From the NCBI GenBank assembly GCA_963846325.1, contig CAWJVO010000009.1, forward strand, positions 174,947 through 238,946: a stretch of DNA of 64,000 bases, read 5' to 3'. The notes under the pieces are model-generated. The model worked only from the letters and a program-made list of their open reading frames with translations, did no database searches and was not told where the DNA came from. The DNA is from an uncultured bacterium (GTDB taxonomy: Bacteria; Krumholzibacteriota; Krumholzibacteriia; Krumholzibacteriales; Krumholzibacteriaceae). Shown here piece after piece: positions 47,407 to 57,140 of the stretch (its first letter is position 1; every line of letters starts with the position of its first letter). A program made the translations under genes and the position numbers.

Positions 47407-48086
47407 AGCACTTCATCCTTTACGATACGGCCGTCGCGGAGCTCTATGGCTCGCCGCGCCTGATGGGCGATGTCGGGCTCGTGCGTCACGAGTATGATCG
47501 TCATTCCCTGGCGGTTCAGATCCCTGAAAATCTCGATGACCTCCATCGACGTCACGGTGTCGAGATTCCCCGTCGGCTCGTCGGCGAGGAGAATGGAAGG
47601 CTCGTTGATGAGCGCCCGGGCGATCGCGACCCGCTGCTGCTCTCCGCCCGAAAGCTTGTTCGGCTCGTGATGGAGCCGGTCCGCGAGGCCGACCCGCGTG
47701 AGGACCTCGATGGCCTTCCTCGCCGGATCCTTGATCCTCCCCGCGCGATCGTAGAGCAGCGGGAGCTCCACGTTCTCGAGCGCCGATGTGCGCGGCAGAA
47801 GGTTGAAGCCCTGGAACACGAAACCGATCCTCTCGTTTCGTATGTCGGCGAGCTCGCGCTTGCCGAGCCCGCTGACCTGGATTCCCCCGAGCATGTACTC
47901 TCCTCCGCTCGGGAGATCGAGGCATCCGAGAATATTGAGCATCGTCGACTTGCCCGAGCCCGACGCGCCGGTGATCGCGAGAAACTCCCGCTCCTCGACC
48001 TTCATGTCGACCCCGCGGAGCGCGTGAACGTCGATATCGCCCATGCGGTACGTCTTCGTGAGATTGTGCAATTCGATGAGAGCCAT
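47403..48086 (-). CDS. ABC transporter ATP-binding protein (MacB/LolD type)
   Basis: GASGSGKST, LSGGEQQRVAIARAL, LADEPTGNLD, VTHE. Confidence 0.95.
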   Translation of the reverse strand: MALIELHNLTKTYRMGDIDVHALRGVDMKVEEREFLAITGASGSGKSTMLNILGCLDLPSGGEYMLGGIQVSGLGKRELADIRNERIGFVFQGFNLLPRTSALENVELPLLYDRAGRIKDPARKAIEVLTRVGLADRLHHEPNKLSGGEQQRVAIARALINEPSILLADEPTGNLDTVTSMEVIEIFRDLNRQGMTIILVTHEPDIAHQARRAIELRDGRIVKDEVL

Positions 48087-48098
48087 TCTCCCGTCCTT

Positions 48099-49448
48099 TC
48101 AGAATCCGCCCCGCCCGCCCCTGCTCCCGCGCGGGGGAGTCGGCATACCGAACGGCGTCGCCGTATTCTTGGCTTTCTTTTCCGCTTTCTCGATCCCGGT
48201 GATCACCTTCATGCCCTCGACGATGACCCTGCTCTCCTTCACCTCGGTGTTGCGGCCGTCGGTCGCGCCCGGCATGAAGAACGCGATCGCCGGCTCGCCG
48301 TTCTCATCGGCGTAGAATACGCGGCTCGGCGCGGCTTCGCCGCGGGAGGCGCCTCTGCCCCCGCCCGCGAATCCGGGAGACGCCGCTCCGCCTCCCCGGC
48401 GTTCGCTTCCCCGGCCGCGCCTGAGCGCCGCCGGCGCCTCTCCCGAGCCTTCGCGGGAGCTGTCGGCTCCTTCGGAACGCCGCGCGGCCATCTTCTCGCG
48501 AAACTCCTTCATGATCCTGTCGAGCGTCTCCTGATCCGGCTTGAACTGGATCGCGGAGTTCGGCACGAGGAGAACGTCCTTCTTTTCGCTGATGACGAAG
48601 TCGACGGTCGCGGTCATTCCGGGAAGAAGCTTGCCCCCCTCGTTCGAGGCGTCCACGACGACCGTGTAGTTCACGACGTTCTGGAGCGTCACCGGCTGCA
48701 GCCGCACCTGGCGCACCTCTCCCGAGAACTCGTCGTCGGGATACGCCTGCACCGTGAACTCGACCCTCATGCCTTCCTTGATGAGCCCGATGTCGCTCTC
48801 GTCGACGTTGACCTCGATCTGCATCGATTTCATGTCGCTCGCGATGATAAAGAGAGTCGGCGCCTGAAAGCTCGCCTGAATCGTCTGGCCGGCGTCGACG
48901 TTCCGCTGGATGACGGTGCCGCTGATCGGCGACGCGATCGTCGTGTACTCGAGGTTCTTCAAGGCGCGCTTCAGCGCCGCCTCGGCCGATTGATACGAGG
49001 CGGCCGCGGCGTCGTAGCTCGTCTTGATCGAAACGAATTCGGTCGCGGAGAGGTAGCCGTTCTCGAAGAGCGGCTTGTTCCGTTCGTACTCCGCCGAGGC
49101 CTGATCGAGCTGGGCCTTGCTCCTCTGGAGCCCCGCCCGGGCGTCGAATACCTGCGCCGCGATGATGGTCGTGTCGAGAACGGCGAGCACCTGACCCTCT
49201 TTCACCTCGCTGTTGAAATCGACGTACAGTTTCTCGATGATCCCCGACACCTGCGCGCCGACGTCCACCGAGTTCACGGCGCTGATCGTGCCCGTGCTCG
49301 AAACGGTATTCTCGATATCCCCCCGCTTCACCTCGGAGAGCTGCAGGGTGCCGCCGTTCCCCGCGCCGCGGAAGTGCCTGATCACGCCGATCCCCACGGC
49401 GACGGCGGCGACGATGCATACGGCGATCAGGATCGTTCTTCTCCTCAT
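48099..49448 (-). CDS. MacA-like periplasmic adaptor (membrane fusion protein)
   Basis: VDVGAQVSG, IASPISGTVI, VDESDIG, LLPGMTA. Confidence 0.9.
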   Translation of the reverse strand: MRRRTILIAVCIVAAVAVGIGVIRHFRGAGNGGTLQLSEVKRGDIENTVSSTGTISAVNSVDVGAQVSGIIEKLYVDFNSEVKEGQVLAVLDTTIIAAQVFDARAGLQRSKAQLDQASAEYERNKPLFENGYLSATEFVSIKTSYDAAAASYQSAEAALKRALKNLEYTTIASPISGTVIQRNVDAGQTIQASFQAPTLFIIASDMKSMQIEVNVDESDIGLIKEGMRVEFTVQAYPDDEFSGEVRQVRLQPVTLQNVVNYTVVVDASNEGGKLLPGMTATVDFVISEKKDVLLVPNSAIQFKPDQETLDRIMKEFREKMAARRSEGADSSREGSGEAPAALRRGRGSERRGGGAASPGFAGGGRGASRGEAAPSRVFYADENGEPAIAFFMPGATDGRNTEVKESRVIVEGMKVITGIEKAEKKAKNTATPFGMPTPPRGSRGGRGGF

Positions 49449-49496
49449 GACGATACTCCTCCCACGACGCGCGTCGTTCACAATGCGTTCATACGA

Positions 49497-50861
49497 TCAA
49501 TCGAAAAGCGGCAGAGCCCCTTCGATGCCGCCGGAATAGTACAGAACGGCGACGCCTTTCACGAGACGGCCGTATTTCGCGTAGATGAGATTATACGAGC
49601 TCTGGAGATTCGAAGAGCGCGCTTGCATGAGCTCCACGAGGGTCGAAGCGCCCACCTTGTATCGCTCTTCCATGTTCTTGAGCGCCTGCGCGCTGTATCT
49701 GGACTGCGTCTGGGCCACCTCCACCGCCTTCCCTGCGGTCGCATAATCCTCGAGCGCCTGTCGTATCTCGACCCCCGTCTGCAGCTCGAGTCTCTCCGCG
49801 CCCAGCTGCGCCTGCCGGAGACCGACCTTCGCCTGCGCGACGCTGTTGTACGTGCCGAGCCGGTCGAAGACCGGAATCGAGAGCGAAAGCCCGATCGAAC
49901 CGTTCAGATTGTTGCTGTAGAACTGATCGTTGAAATCGTAGCTCCCCGGGCTCCGGTAGCTCGTCCCCGCGCCCGCCGAGAGAGACAGCGACGGCCAATA
50001 TCCGGCCCGGCTCACGGTCAGCTGCTTCTTCGCGGCCTCCACCTGAAGACGCTGCGCGGCCAGATCGGCCCTGCCCGCCATCGCCTCCCCCGCCGCGTCG
50101 TCAGGGAGGAATCCCGCGAGTCCCGCAGCGATGTCCTCCACGTCCGGAACGACGATCGAGCATTCGATCCCCGGATCGATCGCCATGATCTGCAGGAGCC
50201 TGTACGTATCCACCTCGAAGTCCCGCCGGTCGCCCAGCAGGCGCGATTCAGCGTCCGCGAGGCTCGCCTGCTGCTGATAGAGATCGACGATCGGGCGTTT
50301 GCCCGACGCCGTGAACGCCTCGATCTGCGAGAGCAGCGTGCGCTGCGACTCGAGATACTGCTCGTCGACCTTGATGAGATCCCCGTCGAGCACGACGAGA
50401 ACGAACGCCTGCACCGTCTCGAAAATCACCTGCTCGCGGCTTCGCTCGTAGCTTTTCCGCTGCGCTTCGAGCTCGAGCCGGGACTGCCTGAGCGCGGCGA
50501 TTCTCCCGAATCCCGTGAAGATATCGATGCCCGACGAAACCGACAGATTCATCGAGTTCGAATGGTTCCACTCGAACCGGTCGGAAAGATCGTTATAATC
50601 CTTTCCGTATCCCCTCGACGCTCCCAGGGAGAGTCTCAGGCTCGGAAAGAAATCCATCGTGCTGCTTCTGACCGAGATCTTCCGGGATTCGGTCTGATTC
50701 GCCGCCTGCCTGAGATCGACGTTCGCCTTGAGCGCCGTTTCTATCGCGTCCTTGATCGTGATCGTCATCGTCTCCGCCCCGCGCGCGCCCCCTCCGACGG
50801 CCCCCGTCCAGGCCAGAAACGCGCACGCGAAGATCGCACACCCTCTTCGTAGTGTCATCAT
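49497..50861 (-). CDS. TolC-family outer membrane efflux protein
   Basis: Signal peptide, duplicated OEP repeats (FFPSLRLS / YWPSLSLS...LSIPVFD), ERYKVG. Confidence 0.9.
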   Translation of the reverse strand: MMTLRRGCAIFACAFLAWTGAVGGGARGAETMTITIKDAIETALKANVDLRQAANQTESRKISVRSSTMDFFPSLRLSLGASRGYGKDYNDLSDRFEWNHSNSMNLSVSSGIDIFTGFGRIAALRQSRLELEAQRKSYERSREQVIFETVQAFVLVVLDGDLIKVDEQYLESQRTLLSQIEAFTASGKRPIVDLYQQQASLADAESRLLGDRRDFEVDTYRLLQIMAIDPGIECSIVVPDVEDIAAGLAGFLPDDAAGEAMAGRADLAAQRLQVEAAKKQLTVSRAGYWPSLSLSAGAGTSYRSPGSYDFNDQFYSNNLNGSIGLSLSIPVFDRLGTYNSVAQAKVGLRQAQLGAERLELQTGVEIRQALEDYATAGKAVEVAQTQSRYSAQALKNMEERYKVGASTLVELMQARSSNLQSSYNLIYAKYGRLVKGVAVLYYSGGIEGALPLFD

Positions 50862-50863
50862 GC

Positions 50864-51316
50864 TCACTCCCCCGGTCCTCTCTCGTGCCTCTCGCCATTC
50901 CACCCGTGCTTTCTGTCTCTCCGCCGTTCCATTTCCTCGCGCATCTTCCTGATTTTTGCGTCGAACTTCACCTGCTGCTCGGGAGTCAGTATTTCCCGTA
51001 TTTTCGCTTCCATCTCGGTCATGACCGCCCTGACCTCGGTGCGCGCCCGCTGCTCGAATTCCCCGAATCGCGGCTCGAAATCCCGCACGATGCGTTCGAC
51101 CTCGAGGCGCTGCTCCCGCGTCAGCGCCAGATCCGCCGTGAGCCGCTCCGCGATGGGCTTGTGCACCCCCGGAGGCGGCCCGTTGCGCATGACCTGCATA
51201 AAATGGCCGCGTATGAGAGCGGTCGCCGAAAGCCCGCCGATGATCGCGCCGACGACGAAAACGGCGACGACGCCGGAGATCAGCTTCCATTTCCCTTTCG
51301 TTTCGTTTCCTGACAT
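50864..51316 (-). CDS. Spy/CpxP-like periplasmic protein
   Basis: N-terminal TM helix; LALTREQ and ILTPEQ (LTxxQ) motifs. Confidence 0.7.
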   Translation of the reverse strand: MSGNETKGKWKLISGVVAVFVVGAIIGGLSATALIRGHFMQVMRNGPPPGVHKPIAERLTADLALTREQRLEVERIVRDFEPRFGEFEQRARTEVRAVMTEMEAKIREILTPEQQVKFDAKIRKMREEMERRRDRKHGWNGERHERGPGE

Positions 51317-51339
51317 CGTTCATTCCCCCTTGCCGTCGT

Positions 51340-51645
51340 TCAGATCATGAAATCTATCGGGTTCTCGAGAAAACGCATCGCAAGCTCCTGATAGTCGACG
51401 AATCCGTTCGAGAACACGTACGCGAGCAGAAGCAGCGCGATGACGCATGCGGCGGCCGAAAAACGCCAGGCGAACCGCTCGATGCGCAGCTGCGCGCCGT
51501 TCGGCGCCTCGACCGCTCCCATCCGGCGTATCTCGCGCATCACCGATTCGCGCCGGCCCTCATGCGCCGCCCTATGCTCCCCCGAACGATACGCGGAGAA
51601 CAGGCGCGATTCGAGCTCGTCGAGCCTTTCCTTATTTCGCTTCAT
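51340..51645 (-). CDS. Putative anti-sigma factor (single TM)
   Basis: About 100 aa with one C-proximal TM helix; overlaps the 3' end of the ECF sigma gene. Confidence 0.6.
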   Translation of the reverse strand: MKRNKERLDELESRLFSAYRSGEHRAAHEGRRESVMREIRRMGAVEAPNGAQLRIERFAWRFSAAACVIALLLLAYVFSNGFVDYQELAMRFLENPIDFMI

Positions 51646-52246
51646 GAATCTCCCCTTCTTTCGCGATAAGTCTCTCGAGGATGGCGCGCAGCTTTTTCCT
51701 CGATCGATATGCGCGGACCTTGACGTTGACGACGCTCCAGCCGAGCAGATCCGCGACCTCCGCCACCGGCCGCCCTTCGATAGAAACAAGTTCGAGGACC
51801 GCCCGGTCCTCGCTCGAGAGCTTGCCGAGAGCCCACGCGAGGAGCTCCCGCGCTTCGCGGCCCGCCGTGCCGTCCGCATGCGCCCCGGCCGCCTGTTCCG
51901 ACGCCGCGCGCGCGAGCCGCTTCGCCTGATCCTCGCTCAGGGCGCTCACCGGCTGCTCGCGGCGCTTGTATCTCTCCCGCCAGTAATCGTGGCAGGCGCG
52001 CTCCGCGATCTTCGAAAGCCACCATTTGAAATCGCCTTTCCCCGCGTAGCCGGAGAGAGACATATAGGCGCGGACGAATATATCCTGAGCGACCTCTTCC
52101 GCGTCTCCCCAGGGCACGCGCCTGCCCGCGATCCGGGCGACGTGCTCCCCATACCGGTCCATCAGGCATTCGAACGCATCGACGTCTCCGCCGAGAATGC
52201 GATCGACCACCTCTCCGTCGCTCTCGTTTGAGGCATTTCCGCGCAT
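51632..52246 (-). CDS. ECF RNA polymerase sigma factor
   Basis: GDVDAFECLM, DAEEVAQDIF, FKWWLSKIA, EVADLLGWSVVNVKVRAYRSR. Start could be 52273. Confidence 0.9.
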   Translation of the reverse strand: MRGNASNESDGEVVDRILGGDVDAFECLMDRYGEHVARIAGRRVPWGDAEEVAQDIFVRAYMSLSGYAGKGDFKWWLSKIAERACHDYWRERYKRREQPVSALSEDQAKRLARAASEQAAGAHADGTAGREARELLAWALGKLSSEDRAVLELVSIEGRPVAEVADLLGWSVVNVKVRAYRSRKKLRAILERLIAKEGEIHEAK

Positions 52247-52301
52247 CTCGCGGATGATAACGGCTCGAGGCATCCCTGTCCAATCTTTGAATCACCCGAA
52301 C

Positions 52302-52333
52302 GGTTCGTCGCGGCGTCGGGGAGCTCGGTTACA
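52302..52333 (-). promoter_or_regulatory. Putative ECF promoter driving the sigma operon
   Basis: Minus strand TGTAACCG-N15-CGACGAACC. Confidence 0.65.
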
Positions 52334-52353
52334 TTCGAATTTCGGAAATCCCG

Positions 52354-52385
52354 TGTAACCGTCGCCGGACGTCCTTCGACGTACC
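52354..52385 (+). promoter_or_regulatory. Putative ECF promoter driving the lipoprotein gene
   Basis: Plus strand TGTAACCG-N15-CGACGTACC, matching the divergent copy. Confidence 0.65.
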
Positions 52386-52424
52386 TGCGAGAACCCCACC
52401 TTTTCCCCGGGAAAGGACGGCCCG

Positions 52425-53342
52425 ATGAAGAGCGCACCGGCAATTGCATTCTCGATTCTCTCGGCGTCGGCTCTCTGCGCGATCGCGCTCGGCGGATGCC
52501 TCGAGTCCAAACTCGCCAGCGCCTGGCCCGAACGCCCGATCTCGATCGACGGTAAGGCCCCCGAATGGGCCGGCCGCGAGGCGTACTACAGCGAAAATGA
52601 CGGATTCAAGATCGGCTTCTTCAACGACGCGGATTACCTGTACGTATACCTGGCGACCTGGAACCGGCAAAAACAATCCCAGATTCTCATGAACGGTCTC
52701 ACGATCTGGATCGACGCGACGGGCGGAAAGAAGAAAACATTCGGGATCAACTATCCCATGAAACGATCGATGCCCGATTCGTCGGGGATGTCACCCGGCA
52801 TGCCGGCCGGTCTGCGCCCCGGCGCCCGCCCGGGCGCCCCTGCGGACGATTCGCAGGAGAACCGGCAGGCGTTCCTCAGGTCCATGCTCGCGGAAGCGCG
52901 GGCCGATATGGCCGTTCTCGGCGCCGGCGGAGAACCGATCGCATCGATGCCCGCGGCGGATGACGGCGGAGGCGGCATCGCGGCGATGATCGATATCGCG
53001 AATCGGACCCTCATCTATGAAGTGCGTATACCGCTCGCGCCGTCCGACAGCCTGCCCTTCGCCGTCAACGCCGCTCCCGGAACGACGATCGGCGTCGGCT
53101 TCAAGGTCGGCAAATCGGAGATGCCCTCGATGAAATCGCCCGGAGAGCGTCCGCCCGGCGGTATGGAAGGTCCGGGGGGCGGCATGGGAGGCGGAGGCGG
53201 CATGGGCGGAGGGGGCGGTATGGGCGGCCCCGGAGGCGGCATGGGCCGTCCCTCCGGAGGACCGGGCGGAGGACTCTCCTCTCAAGCGTTCGAATACTGG
53301 GCGAAGGTCCGGCTCGCCGCGGCGCCTTCTACGCGCCCTTGA
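52425..53342 (+). CDS. Lipoprotein with Gly/Met-rich low-complexity segment
   Basis: Lipobox ALGGC; IDGKAPEW...NDADYLY...GLTIWID; GGGMGGGGGMG repeats. Confidence 0.72.
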   Translation: MKSAPAIAFSILSASALCAIALGGCLESKLASAWPERPISIDGKAPEWAGREAYYSENDGFKIGFFNDADYLYVYLATWNRQKQSQILMNGLTIWIDATGGKKKTFGINYPMKRSMPDSSGMSPGMPAGLRPGARPGAPADDSQENRQAFLRSMLAEARADMAVLGAGGEPIASMPAADDGGGGIAAMIDIANRTLIYEVRIPLAPSDSLPFAVNAAPGTTIGVGFKVGKSEMPSMKSPGERPPGGMEGPGGGMGGGGGMGGGGGMGGPGGGMGRPSGGPGGGLSSQAFEYWAKVRLAAAPSTRP

Positions 53343-53808
53343 CGAGTCGATCCGGCACCTGCACGGCGACGACCTCGCCGCGGACGCAGATCTCTCCGCG
53401 CGCCATGATCGTCGCGGTCACGACCACCTTGCGCCCCTTGATCTCCTTGACGCGCGCGCGCACCTCGAGGGGAACGCCCATCGGCGTCGGCAACAGATAG
53501 TCCACGTGCAGCGAGGCGGTGACGAAGCGGAAAGGCGGATCGGAACCCATCTCCCGCCCGGCGGCCCGATACGCAGCGGCGGACGCCGTGCCGGTGCCGT
53601 GGCAGTCGACGAGGGACGCGAGGAGTCCCCCGTACACGTAGCCGGGTATCGCGGTGTGATACGGCTTCGGCTCGAAGGTGCAGACAGACTCTTCCCCGTC
53701 CCAGAAGCTTCGAACGTGAAGTCCGTGTTCGTTGAGCCGGCCACAGCCGTAGCACTGGGCGAAATGATCGGGATAGTAGTCCTGAAACGCCTTCTCCTGC
53801 GGATTCAT
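53329..53808 (-). CDS. PaaI/hotdog-fold thioesterase
   Basis: CYGCG...NEHGL, YGGLLASLVDCH, VTASLHVDYL. Confidence 0.85.
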   Translation of the reverse strand: MNPQEKAFQDYYPDHFAQCYGCGRLNEHGLHVRSFWDGEESVCTFEPKPYHTAIPGYVYGGLLASLVDCHGTGTASAAAYRAAGREMGSDPPFRFVTASLHVDYLLPTPMGVPLEVRARVKEIKGRKVVVTATIMARGEICVRGEVVAVQVPDRLVKGA

Positions 53809-53838
53809 GATCTCTCCCTTGAAGATGTCATGCCGGAA

Positions 53839-55008
53839 TTACTTGAGCGCTTCCTTGCGCCCCGCGTAGTAGTCGCGGTAGAAGGATATCGAATTCCATA
53901 TTTCCTGCGGTATGAGCGGCTTTCCCCTGAGAATGAAGTTCGCCATGTTGAGACCGACGCCGGGGCCGAGCATGAAACCCTGCCCGCACATGCCGACGGC
54001 GAGGTAGAAGCCCTTCACTTCCTTCACCCTGTCGAGGATGATGATCCCGTCGGGGGTCATCGGGTAGAGCCCGCGCCAGACTCTGCGGACGAGCATGTTC
54101 TTGAGCCGTGGAATGAGATCGATCATGCGCCGCGCGATCACGGTCATGAATTCGGAGGTGTTTTCCCTGTTCGTGCCGAGGATCGGCACGAGCGGCGTGT
54201 AGCAGAAGATGACCTGCCCGCGATCGTTCTGGCCGAAGTAGAAATTCTTCGTCTTGCCCTCGGGGCCGGGCCTGATGTCGACGACGAGCGGATCGAAGAA
54301 GCGCTCCATGGGCGCGGAGATCCCCGCTTCGTGGCAATCGGGGACGACGGGGATGTCGACGCCGGCCATCTTCCCGATCTCCTTCGCGTAGGAACCGGCG
54401 GCGTTCACCACGATATCCGAGTAATAGACCCCTTTCCCCGTTTTCACGCCCTGGATTCTCCCCTGCTTCACCATGAGCCGCGTGACCGGCTCCTTGAAAC
54501 GGTATTCGCAGCCGCGGTCCTTGCTCTCCTTCCAGAGCGCCGCAGCGTACTTGAGCGGAGACACCTGCCCGTCGCCTGGCGAGAAGGTGCCGCCGCGAAG
54601 GCCGTTCTCGTTGATGCCGGGGACGAACTCCCTGATCTTCTCCGGACCGTACCAGTCGATGACGAGACCGTTCTTCTTCTGCGTCGGCAGGATGCCCTTG
54701 AGGATCTTCTCCTCGTCGTCGCGGTAGACGGGAAAACAATAGCCGCCCGGCACCCAGCCGAGATCGATGCCGGTCTTCTCCTGAAACGTCGAGTAGAACT
54801 CGAGGCTCTGCAGGCAGAGCGTGATTTTCGCGCCGTCCGAGTGCGTCGCGCGGACGCCGCCGATCGCGGCTTTGTTCTGTCCCTGCCCGGGAGAGGCTTC
54901 GGAATCGAGCACGAGAACCCGCAGTCCCTCGAGCGTGAGGTAGTACGCGATGGGCAGCCCGACGCTCCCCGCTCCGATGACGATCGCGTCGTAGTTCGTT
55001 CCGCTCAT
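53839..55008 (-). CDS. FAD-dependent amine/imino-acid dehydrogenase beta subunit (DAO / sarcosine oxidase beta / proline dehydrogenase type)
   Basis: DAIVIGAGSVG, AAIGGVRA, VVNAAG, RVWRGLYPMTPDG, GMCGQGFMLGPG. ATG at 55008. Confidence 0.88.
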   Translation of the reverse strand: MSGTNYDAIVIGAGSVGLPIAYYLTLEGLRVLVLDSEASPGQGQNKAAIGGVRATHSDGAKITLCLQSLEFYSTFQEKTGIDLGWVPGGYCFPVYRDDEEKILKGILPTQKKNGLVIDWYGPEKIREFVPGINENGLRGGTFSPGDGQVSPLKYAAALWKESKDRGCEYRFKEPVTRLMVKQGRIQGVKTGKGVYYSDIVVNAAGSYAKEIGKMAGVDIPVVPDCHEAGISAPMERFFDPLVVDIRPGPEGKTKNFYFGQNDRGQVIFCYTPLVPILGTNRENTSEFMTVIARRMIDLIPRLKNMLVRRVWRGLYPMTPDGIIILDRVKEVKGFYLAVGMCGQGFMLGPGVGLNMANFILRGKPLIPQEIWNSISFYRDYYAGRKEALK

Positions 55009-57126
55009 GCCTCGCCCCCCTCGCTCTTCGCCCCGGCGAAAACGCCGAGGGGAACCTCGGCCGTGAACGGCCTGTTCGTCGGAAGCGTTACCTCGGAAAG
55101 GTCGACCCCCATCTCGCGATAGAGCCTGAGAATGAGCTCGGTGCACGTTTTCCCGCCGCAGGCGCCCATGCCCGTCCGTATCGTCGCCTTCAGTATGTTC
55201 ATGTCCCGCACGCCGGCGCGGATCTCCCCGCGGACTTCTCCCGCGGTGATCCGCTCGCAGCGGCAGATGATCGTGTCGTCGCTCATCGGCCCGGCCGTTT
55301 CCGTCGCCGCTTCTCCCGCCTCCGGCGCGAGCGCGGTGAAGCCGGCGACGGCGTACGCCTCTTCCGCGGGGACTTCGACCGACACGATCTTCCGCTTCGC
55401 GTCGATATTCGACGTGCGGAACGCGACGATCGTGCCGCGGCCGACGGCGTTCCCTTCCATATCGACCGTCTCGACCCGCCTCCCCGCGACGAGATCCTTC
55501 GTCTCGAGCTCGTAGGGAAGCACGAGAAGCGACGTCTTCGCGTCCGCGTCGTACTCCGGCATTATCAGACTGATCGCCAGCCCCGGGCAGACCGCGACGC
55601 AGTTCGCGCAGCCGATGCAATCGCCGCCGAAAACGGGATTGTTCATGATCGAATCGCCCTGCAGGGCGATGCTGTTCCTCGGGCAGGAATCCGCGCACGG
55701 GTTGCACGGAATCTCCTGCACGCAGCGGATCAGCGGATAGACTTTCTTCTCGAGCTTCGGAAGGTCGGGACGCGTCGTCCGACCGGGCTTGCTTCGCAGG
55801 ATCGCCGCGGTGGAGTTCCATTCGTCCGGGATATCGATTTCGTAGCCGAGCGACCGGGCGATCTTCCGCCCCGTGATCTTTCCGCTGAATATCGCGGCTG
55901 AGGCTTCGGCGATCTCCTCGGCGTCCCCCGCCTTCCAGCATTCGATGCCGTATTCCGCTAGCTTCTCGTACAGCTCGTTCACGCGTCGAGAGCCCGACGG
56001 CGATGAGAAGCGTGTCGACCCGGTACGATTTTTCGGTGCCCGCCACGGGTTTGAAGCTCTCGTCGATCGCGGCGATCGTTATCTTCTCGAGCTTCTCGGC
56101 GCCTTCCGCCGTGAGAACCGTATGAGAAGTGAGGATCGGCACACCGAGACGCCTGAGCTTGTCGAGGTGGACCTTGTAGCCGCCGCAGCGGGGCAGGGCC
56201 TCGACGAGACCGACCACCTTGATGCCGGCCTGGATCGCGTGGTAGCCGGTGATCAGGCCGACGTTGCCCCCCCCGACGATGAACAGTCTCTCGGTGGGCC
56301 GGACGAGGTCGCGGTTCAGAAGCGTCTGGAACGCGCCGGCGCCGTAGACCCCCGGCAGGTCGCATCCGGGAAAGGCGAGGTTCTTCTCCCGCGCGCCGCA
56401 CGCGACGAGAACCGCACGCGGCTTCACCTGGAAATAGTTGCCCCCCTGCTCGAGACCGACCTGCTTGTCGTGAAACGCCCCCACGGCGGTCGTTCCGAGC
56501 ATGACCGAGACGGAGGGGAATCTTTCGAGCTGATGCGTGAGAATGCGGGCGATCTCGATGCCCCGGGTGCCCGCGTAGCAATCGTCGCGGGAGCCGAAGA
56601 AGGTGTGCGTCTGCAGCGTGAGCTTCCCGCCGAACTCGTTCTTGTCGTCCACGACGAGAGTCTTCGCGCCGAGAAGCCCGAGCTCGATCGCGGCGTTGAT
56701 GCCGGCCGGCCCGCCCCCGATGACGAGAACGTCGGTCTCGATCGTTGGAATCTCCCGGAACCCCGGCAGCGAGTCGTCCGCCGGAAGCGCGGGGCTCCCA
56801 TCGCAGCTCCGCACCTTCATCCCGGCCCTGACCGGCGTCATGCATCCCTTGACCGGAAGACCGTCGACGAGCACGGTGCACTGGCTGCACTGCCCATTCG
56901 CGCAGAAGATGCCCTGGGGGCTACCGTCCCGCGGATGGTGGCCGAATATCTGCACGCCGCTCGCGAAGAGCGCCGTCGTGATGACTTCGCCCTCGTACGC
57001 CTCAATCTCTCTGTCGTTGAAGGTGAAGGAAATTTCCGGACGCTTCACGATCGGAAGAATCGGGTGCGTTCGCACGCGGAATTCACCCGGCGCAGCCATT
57101 TTCGTTTCGTTCTTCGCGCGAGACAT
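55005..57126 (-). pseudogene. Fused 2Fe-2S / FAD-NAD(P) oxidoreductase / 2x[4Fe-4S] / BFD-like alpha subunit, frameshifted near 55985
   Basis: FCANGQCSQC...GC, DVLVIGGGPAG, VGGGNVG, LIAVGLS; then after a frame change VNEL...CVQEIPCNPCADSCP, CIGCANCVAVCPG, IICRCE, GMGACGGKTC. Confidence 0.8.
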
Positions 57127-57140
57127 TCTCTTCGACTCCG

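Noticed and set aside
53175-53250. GGC-rich repeat as a non-coding element
   Set aside because: It is explained by the Gly/Met low-complexity segment of the lipoprotein.
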